Assembly (NCBI GenBank): GCA_013331805.1
Contig: DUFS01000047.1
Location: 1-12,026 of the forward strand
Length of the DNA: 12,026 nt
Source of the DNA: Candidatus Micrarchaeota archaeon
GTDB lineage: Archaea; Micrarchaeota; Micrarchaeia; Anstonellales; Anstonellaceae
Reading direction: 5' to 3'
Shown here: in pieces, positions 1-6,798 of the stretch
Layout: every line of letters begins with the position of its first letter
How positions within the stretch are numbered: position 1 is the stretch's first letter
Position numbers and translations under genes: made by a program
Notes under the pieces: model-generated
Seen by the model: only the letters and a program-made list of their open reading frames with translations
What the model was told of the DNA's origin: nothing
The model's database searches: none

Positions 1-80
1 AAGAAAATCTTAAGGGCTTACGGCTGAACGCGCAGGCTTAAAAACGCTTTGTGGTAAAAGATGAAAACTAAGGTGGAGCT

Positions 81-467
81 ATGGTGGACCTATTTGATAG
101 GGCTGCGATCACACACTTGGCCAGGCTTCATCAGCTAGTACACACTAACTTTGAGAAATTTAAGACTGCAAAAGCTGCTGATGACGCGAATTTTATCGCT
201 GCTAAAATAATTGAAGACACAAGCGATAGCGCAGAAATAGCAAAAATATTTGTTGAATTTTGTAGAAAACACAACTGGCACGAGCCCCTTGAAACAGCCG
301 CCGCCAGTAAAGTCCTGCGCAAAGATATGTTTTCCTACATCAACGTAACTCTCTATTATGTGGGAAAGAAAGATATAGACGAGAGAACTTCCAGCATGCG
401 GCAACGCAAAGCCACTGCTGCGGCTCCTGAAAAACGTGCGGAAAAAAAGCGGACGCAGCGGCAATAG
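81..467 (+). CDS. Hypothetical protein (128 aa), helical, with a K/R-rich C-terminal tail
   Basis: Clean ORF; AAGGTGG RBS just upstream of ATG81; TTAAAAA TATA-like element near 39-45; converges on the next gene with a 17-nt gap. No recognisable domain. Confidence 0.7.
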   Translation: MVDLFDRAAITHLARLHQLVHTNFEKFKTAKAADDANFIAAKIIEDTSDSAEIAKIFVEFCRKHNWHEPLETAAASKVLRKDMFSYINVTLYYVGKKDIDERTSSMRQRKATAAAPEKRAEKKRTQRQ

Positions 468-484
468 CAAGTCAGAAAAAACCC

Positions 485-1228
485 TTACTGCATCTTGGGC
501 ATGCGCGAAAGCGCGAGCTCCTTACTGATGAGCTCCTCAAGCACTTCCTTTGCGATCACGCGCCTGCCGCCGATTTTCTCATGAGGCACCCTGTTGCGGT
601 CCAGCCTGCGCTCGAACGCATTCCTCTTTATCTTGATGCCGCGCGATGACATTTCAGTAACCGCATCGCCCACGTCGTAGTAGTTTTTGCAGATGTGCGA
701 CAGCCCCTCGATTGCGCTTTTTGGGACCCAGCGCTGGGTGCCGATTTTCAGCGAGGGGATTGAATTCTTTTCTATCCTCCCAATGAACGCACGCAGGTTC
801 AGCTTCTCGTACTTCTTCAGCTCGTTGAATGCCTGCTTCACAGAGTAATATTCGTTGGAAAGGGCCACCCAGTCCTGGATGACAGGTTTTGGAATGAGCC
901 GTTTGCTTCCGATTTTTTCAGAATGGACCGAGCGCCTCTCGACACGCCCGCCAAAAGCCCTGAATGAAAGAGGCACGCCGCCCTTTCGAAGCTCCTCGTA
1001 TGCCTCCTCGAGTGTGAAAAGTCCCATGCCTTTCAGCCTGTCCTTCTCGAGCTTGTCCTGTGAATAGAGTTCCTTTGCGCGGACCACTATGCCCGAAATG
1101 CTCTCGTGGAGCTCTTTTTCAACAGCTGCGCGCTTGGACTTCATGTCGGTGATTTTCATCCCCTTGAGCCTGGTGACTACCGGGTCCTTGATTGTTTTTT
1201 CTATGACTATCCTTTTTCCACGAGGCAT
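485..1228 (-). CDS. DNA-binding protein with three tandem Xis/MerR-like winged-HTH (HTH_17-like) repeats and an N-terminal basic/helical segment (247 aa)
   Basis: Three ~56-aa repeats: LFTLEEA..AF..R..KIGSKRLIPK / YYSVKQA..AF..R..KIGTQRWVPK / YYDVGDA..AF..R..KIGGRRVIAK. Start set at ATG1228 because AAGGTGGAA RBS precedes it; the ORF track start at 1255 is the alternative. Confidence 0.8.
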   Translation of the reverse strand: MPRGKRIVIEKTIKDPVVTRLKGMKITDMKSKRAAVEKELHESISGIVVRAKELYSQDKLEKDRLKGMGLFTLEEAYEELRKGGVPLSFRAFGGRVERRSVHSEKIGSKRLIPKPVIQDWVALSNEYYSVKQAFNELKKYEKLNLRAFIGRIEKNSIPSLKIGTQRWVPKSAIEGLSHICKNYYDVGDAVTEMSSRGIKIKRNAFERRLDRNRVPHEKIGGRRVIAKEVLEELISKELALSRMPKMQ

Positions 1229-1289
1229 GATTCCACCTTTGGGGGCTTTTTTCATAAATACATAATTTACCTAATTCTATCAAACAACC

Positions 1290-1306
1290 TATTTATAAGA
1301 CTTTCG
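1290..1306 (-). promoter_or_regulatory. BRE-TATA promoter for the triple-HTH gene
   Basis: Minus strand reads CGAAAG-TC-TTATAAATA, a good archaeal BRE plus TATA match upstream of the gene. Confidence 0.6.
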
Positions 1307-1365
1307 ACATCTTTCGCCTATAACGACCCTGATTCGCCCCACGGAGAAGTGATGTGCCGACAACA

Positions 1366-1373
1366 TTTAAATA
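1366..1373 (+). promoter_or_regulatory. TATA box for pus10 (probably leaderless mRNA)
   Basis: TTTAAATA ending 24 nt before ATG1398; no SD motif. Confidence 0.6.
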
Positions 1374-1397
1374 TTCTTTCTAGAAGGTCAGAAGCAC

Positions 1398-2525
1398 ATG
1401 GAATTCCACCTCTGCGCCCGTTGCGCCCCCAGATATCATGATCTTGGGGTGGCCACATCTTCTCCACGAGACGAGGCGTGCCACATCTGCAAGGGCGCCC
1501 TTTTGCAAATTCAAAAGTTAGTTGCGCAGGCTGTGGACCTTTCAGACGCATTTGAATGGTCTAGTTTTTCCGTGTCTTCCTCCTTTCCATCCTCTTGCCT
1601 GGTCAGGGAGGAGGAAATTGCTGATTTTGCAGGGCCTGGAAAATTCACTTCGCTGAAAAACCAGATCAACTCTGAGTTATCCGGGATGATTTCAAAGGAA
1701 ACTGGCAAAAAAAACGCCCAGCGGAATGCGGATGCGGCATTCGAATTCGATTTCATAAACAGTAAGTGCGCAGCCCGCCCAATGCCTCTTTTCCTTTTCG
1801 GGAGATACATCAAGCTCTCCCGTAGGCACTGCCAGAGCAGATGGCACTGCTCTTCCTGCAGGGGGAAAGGATGCGCCTATTGCATGGGCAGCGGGATGAA
1901 TTATCCTTCTGTTGAGGACGAAATCGGAAAAGCCGTCCTTCCTTTCTTTTCCGCCAAGGAATGCATTTTGCACGCAAGCGGCAGGGAGGACGTTGACGTG
2001 CGCTGCATTGGGGGGAGGCCATTTGTGATGGAGATCCGGTCCCCGAAAAAAAGAAAGGAGGATGTTTCCCAAATTGAGCTGGAGCTTTCGAAAAACCAGC
2101 ACGTGAAGGCTGCTGGACTGAAAATTGTTCGCCAGGGGATGATAGACGCTGTTTGCAATTCGCACTTTGACAAGGAATATTCTGCCCTTGTGTCGGCAGA
2201 CCGGCCACTGAACGCCGAGGATGCGCGGATTTGCGAATCGCTTTCCGGTTCAGTGCTTTTACAAAAGACTCCCAACCGGGTGCTTTCCAGGAGGGCTGAT
2301 CTGGAAAGGCAACGGCGGGTGCATGCAGTCCGGGCGGATCTTGCTGAAGGCGGAAGGCTGACGCTTCGGATTTTTGCCGAAGCAGGGACCTACATAAAGG
2401 AATTCATCCATTCGGACGGCGGGCGCACAACGCCCAGCCTTTCAGAAGCGCTCGGCTGCAAGGCGACATGTGAGGAGCTGGACGTCATTCGAATCCAAGA
2501 TTACTTTCTTGAGACGCTCCTATAA
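1398..2525 (+). CDS. pus10: tRNA pseudouridine(54/55) synthase Pus10
   Basis: N-terminal CxxC...CxxC zinc motif; GRYIKLSR; catalytic HASGREDVDVR; QKTPNRV..RR; AEAGTYIKEFIHSDGGRTTPS; C-terminal ELDV. Confidence 0.96.
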   Translation: MEFHLCARCAPRYHDLGVATSSPRDEACHICKGALLQIQKLVAQAVDLSDAFEWSSFSVSSSFPSSCLVREEEIADFAGPGKFTSLKNQINSELSGMISKETGKKNAQRNADAAFEFDFINSKCAARPMPLFLFGRYIKLSRRHCQSRWHCSSCRGKGCAYCMGSGMNYPSVEDEIGKAVLPFFSAKECILHASGREDVDVRCIGGRPFVMEIRSPKKRKEDVSQIELELSKNQHVKAAGLKIVRQGMIDAVCNSHFDKEYSALVSADRPLNAEDARICESLSGSVLLQKTPNRVLSRRADLERQRRVHAVRADLAEGGRLTLRIFAEAGTYIKEFIHSDGGRTTPSLSEALGCKATCEELDVIRIQDYFLETLL

Positions 2526-2529
2526 TACA

Positions 2530-2536
2530 TTAAATA
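2530..2536 (+). promoter_or_regulatory. TATA-like element for the A24 peptidase gene
   Basis: TTAAATA about 21 nt before ATG2558; no SD motif. Confidence 0.45.
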
Positions 2537-2557
2537 GCTTGGTATCGATTCACTGGC

Positions 2558-3448
2558 ATGCTTGAAATCTTTTCACCCCAGCCAGAAATACCTGGCCTTG
2601 CACTGCGCTCGCTTGCGGCGCTGGCATTCACTTGCGCGGCGGCGTATTTCGACGCGTTCAACAAGAAGTGGGTGCCGAATTACCTGGTCTACGGCTTTTT
2701 GGGGTGCGCACTTGCGCTTAATGTCCTATTCTTCGACTCTGCACTTTTCATCCAGGCGCTCGTCATTGCTGCCGCGGTCTTCGGTTCCACGTATTTGCTT
2801 TACAAGGCAGGGCAACTGGGAGGCGCGGACGCATACGTCCTGACCTCGATATCGCTTTGCGTCCCTTATTTGTCCAAACCCTTCCTGGCAGGGGAGCAAT
2901 CTGTCCCATATCCATTCATACTTTCAGTCCTTGCCCCCACAGGACTTGCCTTCATACTGCACATGGTGGCGCGCTTCCTTCCATACATCTCGAGGAAAAT
3001 TTCGAAGGGGGAAGTGAGGTTCGGCCTAACGAAGATTGCCGGGCCACTGCTTTTGCTCCTTGCATTCGCATTTTTCATTTACTCGATTTCGATCCTTCCG
3101 GTTGCGCTGCCGATCCAGTATGTCGCGATTTTGTCATTCCTGTTTGCTTCGTTGTTTTTCTTCTCACTTTTCAAGGAGGAGATAAAGGACAGCATGGTGG
3201 AGATGGTCCCGGTTTCCCGCCTTCAGGAGGAGGACGTGCTTGCACTTGAGAAGATGGACAAGCATCTTGCCAAGAAACTTGGGCTGTCGCCACTAATCGG
3301 GAAAGCCGCCATTGCAATTTTGAAAAAATCGAAGCTGAAGCGCGTGCCTGTGTACACCGGGATGCCATTTTTCCTCCCGTACCTCTTGCTCGGGCTTGCC
3401 TTCAGCCTGCTTTTCGGAGACCTGCTTTACTACCTGGCAAGGTTCTGA
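2558..3448 (+). CDS. A24-family type IV prepilin/preflagellin peptidase (FlaK/PibD-like)
   Basis: Polytopic membrane protein; first Asp in AAYFDxxxxxxVPN; second Asp in GGAD; C-terminal V...PF.LPYLLLG typical of archaeal A24 peptidases. Confidence 0.88.
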   Translation: MLEIFSPQPEIPGLALRSLAALAFTCAAAYFDAFNKKWVPNYLVYGFLGCALALNVLFFDSALFIQALVIAAAVFGSTYLLYKAGQLGGADAYVLTSISLCVPYLSKPFLAGEQSVPYPFILSVLAPTGLAFILHMVARFLPYISRKISKGEVRFGLTKIAGPLLLLLAFAFFIYSISILPVALPIQYVAILSFLFASLFFFSLFKEEIKDSMVEMVPVSRLQEEDVLALEKMDKHLAKKLGLSPLIGKAAIAILKKSKLKRVPVYTGMPFFLPYLLLGLAFSLLFGDLLYYLARF

Positions 3449-3453
3449 GGAAT

Positions 3454-4014
3454 TCAGCCTTGCCTTCCTGACTTTTCCTGCGCGTCTGATGCGGCCAAAG
3501 CAAGGCTGTTCTTTTCCTCATCAGAGTAGCCGAACTCATCCAGGCCTTTTGATATTGCAAGGATAGTTGGCTTGGAGGGTGGGGCGAATGAAGGCTGCCC
3601 GGAAAGGACGTGCGTATACGCATCCACAAAGCTTCCGGCCGGAGTTTTTACTTTTACGGAAATTTTTCTGTAGAAATCAGGAATGCCAGATGCCTTGTCA
3701 AACGCTTCAGATTGCTCTTGAGAAAGGAAATAGATTGCCCCGGGCACGGACGAGGAAGCGTCAGCCTCAAGATTGGGGATGCCAAACTCAGTGTTCCTGC
3801 TGGTCTGGAATGCCAGCCGGTAGCCCTGCAGCAGCGCAGGGGAGGCGCTTGCTGCCCCCCCTGAACGGGAAAGCATGGTGCTGGCGTCGAGATTGGTGCC
3901 ATAGGCGAAAAACGCGACCGGTTTTTGCTCGGGCTTGGGAAGGGCTATGGCTACGAGGAAAACAAGAGACACTATGACGAGGGCAGTGAAGAGCATTTGC
4001 AGCTTTTTTGCCAT
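3454..4014 (-). CDS. Gamma-glutamylcyclotransferase (GGCT/AIG2-like) fold protein with an N-terminal membrane anchor or signal
   Basis: FFAYGTNL motif, LxGYRLAF, VPGAIY, PS..; hydrophobic residues ~6-25; AGGTG RBS in the 9-nt gap after polB. Confidence 0.85.
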   Translation of the reverse strand: MAKKLQMLFTALVIVSLVFLVAIALPKPEQKPVAFFAYGTNLDASTMLSRSGGAASASPALLQGYRLAFQTSRNTEFGIPNLEADASSSVPGAIYFLSQEQSEAFDKASGIPDFYRKISVKVKTPAGSFVDAYTHVLSGQPSFAPPSKPTILAISKGLDEFGYSDEEKNSLALAASDAQEKSGRQG

Positions 4015-4023
4015 TTATTTCAC

Positions 4024-6423
4024 CTAGAAAAACGAGGAAAGCCCCTTCTGCTCGCCCTTGAACTTCAAGTCATCCTCGGAATAGCCAAGCTCCTTCAGTA
4101 TTTTCAGCACCGAAGGCAGAACCTGATTGTCAATGTAGTAGTTCGGGTCGTAGTCCTGCGCATATTCTGCAAGGCAAGCCTTTTCCGAAATGGTGGAGCC
4201 CTTTTTGGTGATCACGTACCCTATGACCGTGCCACGCTCAATCTGGACCCCCATTTTTATCGCCTTTTCAGCAGCTGAAAGCTCGGGCGACTTTATGTCG
4301 TATTTCCGGGGGTCCTTGCGCATCTGCGTGTAGATCGTCAGGTCCTCGAGGGGAACCTTGCCTTGTTTCAGCCTTTCAATCACGTCCTTCACCACCTTCA
4401 CGGCCATTTCCTTGCTGCCGTGCTTGAGTATTGCCTCCAGGACCCTGCGCTGCGTGGTCTTGGCAATCGCAGACCAGTCGCGGCGGACAAGCTCAAAGCC
4501 GCGTATCTTTATCCTGCCATCCTCGCCTAAAAGTGCGTATTTCTTTTTTGCCCCGGTCTCCTTGTCGCCCGAGACCTTCTTGGTGACGAACACACCACGC
4601 GGGTAAAAGCCTTCGAGCTCAAGCTCCATGTCGCCGGGAAGCTCGCTGTTCACCTTTTTCATGAAGGAAAGCGCGTCCTCCTTGGTTTTGCTTCCCAAAA
4701 GCAAAAAGATGCTGTCCGTGTCTCCGTAAAGGACCTCGAAGCCGGATTGCGTTGCCTTTTCAATCGTCTCCTGGATGAAGTGCCTGCCCCAGGCTGTGAC
4801 CGATTCGCCGCAGTCGCGCGAGTACCAGCGCGAGCGGGGGTAGGCAAGGTAGCCGTAGTAGGAGTTGGCAAGTATTTTCAGGGACTGGACCCGCGCAAAA
4901 GCCTGCTCGTGCTCCGGAGTGTCCTTGTCTGCCTTTTTCAGGCGCTTTTTCATCTCGCCCCTCATTTTGATGAGCTCTTCAAGGACGGTCGGTATCAGGC
5001 CGCGGGGCTTTTTGAGGAACCTGTGCCCGTTCGGCGATATGAAGCAGTCGGAATCAGGAACGCTTTTTGGTGGATTGAGCGTGAACGGGTCGATGTTGTG
5101 CGAGGTGATTATTGAGGGGTACAAGCCGCGGAAGTCGAACACCACCATGTTTTCGTATATCCCCGGCTGCGGAAGCTTGACGAACGCGCCTTTTATCGGC
5201 CCAAGCTCCCGCTCATGCGCAAGCGCATCATTAGGCTTGCTCGGGATTACCGCACGGTGCTCAAAGCTTTTGTGCATGAGCAATGATTCCACCAGCTGGC
5301 CCGCAGTGGCGCTTGAAACGTCAAAAAGCGGCAGGCGCGTGAGCCTGCCCATTTCCACCATGAGGGGGAGGAGAATTTTGCCTATTTCCATCGTGGCAAG
5401 CGCATCGAACCGTGAGTAGTCCGCAAGCGCTGCCGAAAGGTTTTCATCGTCCCACATTTTCCAGATGTCCAGCTTGCCCACCATGAGCTTCTTTTTTCCT
5501 GTCAGCTCCTCATACGCGTTCTCAAGAGTGTATTTGGAAACCTTGAACGCGCCTATGAAGCCCATGAACCGCACCAAGGGGTATAGGTCCACATGGATCC
5601 TGCCGGTTATTTCGGCAACGTCGCGTATGCCCTGCCGCCTCACACGGAATGAGGAACCGTCCCTGCCTATTGAGAAGTCCAGCCCGTTCGCATCCGCACG
5701 CGCCTTGAGGTAGGGCAGGTCGAAAACAGTGCTGTTGTAGCCAAGGAGGACCTCGGTGTCCTTTTCCTTGACGGTTTCCAGGAATTTCTTTATCATTTCG
5801 CGCTCATCCTTGCAAACAATGACGAAGTCGCGGTCGATTTTCTTGCTTGTGATGACTTTCCGCTCGCCGTCGATTTCGTAGCTTATCATTATCACTTCGT
5901 CCTTGTCCGGGCGGGGGCTGCCTTTTGGATTGTAGGTTTCGATGTCAAAGGACATTGTGCGAAGGGAGACCTTGGAATCCCTTTTGCTTATGATTTTCTT
6001 GATGAACCTGCCCTCGCGCTCATAGGTAAGCTCTGTGAATGGCGCAAGGCCCTTGTCAATCAGGTAACGCCTCCCAAAGGGGATGCCGTTCTCGTAAACG
6101 GGGTATTTTTTTGCCAATTCCCCGCTCACGTGCGGGATGTCGTAGGGGCGCTCGCAGTAGACCTTCCATATTTCCTTTTCCTTGCCAAGCACGCTCATCG
6201 CAGCCCGCTCGCACCTGGTCGGTGAGACCTGCCTGTCGCGCGAAGGGACCTTTGCGCCCATTATTTCCTTTTCTGCGCCCTTTGGTGCGTCTAGGTAGAA
6301 GTAGGGCTCGTATTCGTCGTAAAGGCGGACAAGATGCCTGCCCTTGAGAAGCAGCCGGACCAGCGTCTTGCCGCCTTTAATCCTATAATCGACATCGATG
6401 AGCGTTGCCTTTTTCCTTACCAC
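4024..6423 (-). CDS. polB: Family B DNA polymerase (PolB3/euryarchaeal type) with 3'-5' exonuclease
   Basis: ExoI SFDIETY, ExoII GYNSTVFDLPYL, ExoIII YSRFDA; motif A DFRGLYPSII, B KILANSYYGY, C YGDTDS; KKKYA; RGFELVRRDWS; C-terminal PIP box QKGLSSFF. GTG start with GGGGG RBS. Confidence 0.98.
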   Translation of the reverse strand: MVRKKATLIDVDYRIKGGKTLVRLLLKGRHLVRLYDEYEPYFYLDAPKGAEKEIMGAKVPSRDRQVSPTRCERAAMSVLGKEKEIWKVYCERPYDIPHVSGELAKKYPVYENGIPFGRRYLIDKGLAPFTELTYEREGRFIKKIISKRDSKVSLRTMSFDIETYNPKGSPRPDKDEVIMISYEIDGERKVITSKKIDRDFVIVCKDEREMIKKFLETVKEKDTEVLLGYNSTVFDLPYLKARADANGLDFSIGRDGSSFRVRRQGIRDVAEITGRIHVDLYPLVRFMGFIGAFKVSKYTLENAYEELTGKKKLMVGKLDIWKMWDDENLSAALADYSRFDALATMEIGKILLPLMVEMGRLTRLPLFDVSSATAGQLVESLLMHKSFEHRAVIPSKPNDALAHERELGPIKGAFVKLPQPGIYENMVVFDFRGLYPSIITSHNIDPFTLNPPKSVPDSDCFISPNGHRFLKKPRGLIPTVLEELIKMRGEMKKRLKKADKDTPEHEQAFARVQSLKILANSYYGYLAYPRSRWYSRDCGESVTAWGRHFIQETIEKATQSGFEVLYGDTDSIFLLLGSKTKEDALSFMKKVNSELPGDMELELEGFYPRGVFVTKKVSGDKETGAKKKYALLGEDGRIKIRGFELVRRDWSAIAKTTQRRVLEAILKHGSKEMAVKVVKDVIERLKQGKVPLEDLTIYTQMRKDPRKYDIKSPELSAAEKAIKMGVQIERGTVIGYVITKKGSTISEKACLAEYAQDYDPNYYIDNQVLPSVLKILKELGYSEDDLKFKGEQKGLSSFF

Positions 6424-6456
6424 GAAAATTTCCCCCTTTCTTACTTACCAACAAGC

Positions 6457-6468
6457 ATTAATTAATTA
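6457..6468. promoter_or_regulatory. Self-complementary AT element, probable shared bidirectional TATA for polB and SemiSWEET
   Basis: ATTAATTAATTA (two overlapping 10-bp palindromes) is the best TATA-like tract in the 61-nt divergent gap 6424-6484. Confidence 0.5.
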
Positions 6469-6484
6469 CCCGCCAATTCGTTGC

Positions 6485-6739
6485 ATGGAAACTTCGGAAT
6501 TGGTGGGCATGGCGGCTGCCGTTCTGACCATGCTTTCCACAGTGCCGCAGGTAATGAAGAGCATCAAGACCAGAAGCACGCACGATTTGTCGTGGGGCTG
6601 GCTGGCGATAATCACCTCTGCCCTTTTCTTATGGGTGATTTACGGCATGATGATTTCAAGCCTGCCCGTGGTGGTTGCAAATTCGGTCTCGGGGGCCCTT
6701 TTTGTGGCGCTTATCGCACTCAAATTCAAATACGGATAA
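6485..6739 (+). CDS. SemiSWEET/PQ-loop family sugar transporter (84 aa, three TM helices)
   Basis: METSELVGMAAAVLT..PQV.K..KTRST.DLS, LWVIYG, PVVVAN. Start reset to ATG6485 because the track start at 6398 overlaps polB. Confidence 0.92.
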   Translation: METSELVGMAAAVLTMLSTVPQVMKSIKTRSTHDLSWGWLAIITSALFLWVIYGMMISSLPVVVANSVSGALFVALIALKFKYG

Positions 6740-6798
6740 CGGGGAGGATTTTAAACCTGCACTCCGATTTTGCAGCATCCTATTTTGGAGGTGTTCCA

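Noticed and set aside
81..1255. Provirus or integrative element implied by excisionase-like domains
   Set aside because: No integrase, att-like repeat, tRNA target or viral gene is visible, and the right-hand neighbours are housekeeping genes. The region left of the window cannot be assessed.
4024..6423. Intein in PolB or an inactivated PolB2
   Set aside because: The 799-aa length is normal, motifs A/B/C are contiguous, and all catalytic acidic residues are present.
6398..6484. N-terminal extension of SemiSWEET
   Set aside because: It overlaps the polB start and the promoter. The family-typical length begins at ATG6485.
6481..6798. 106-aa N-terminal extension of GAPDH in the ORF track (442 aa)
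   Set aside because: It overlaps SemiSWEET in another frame. The strong RBS and the canonical N-terminus place the start at ATG6799.
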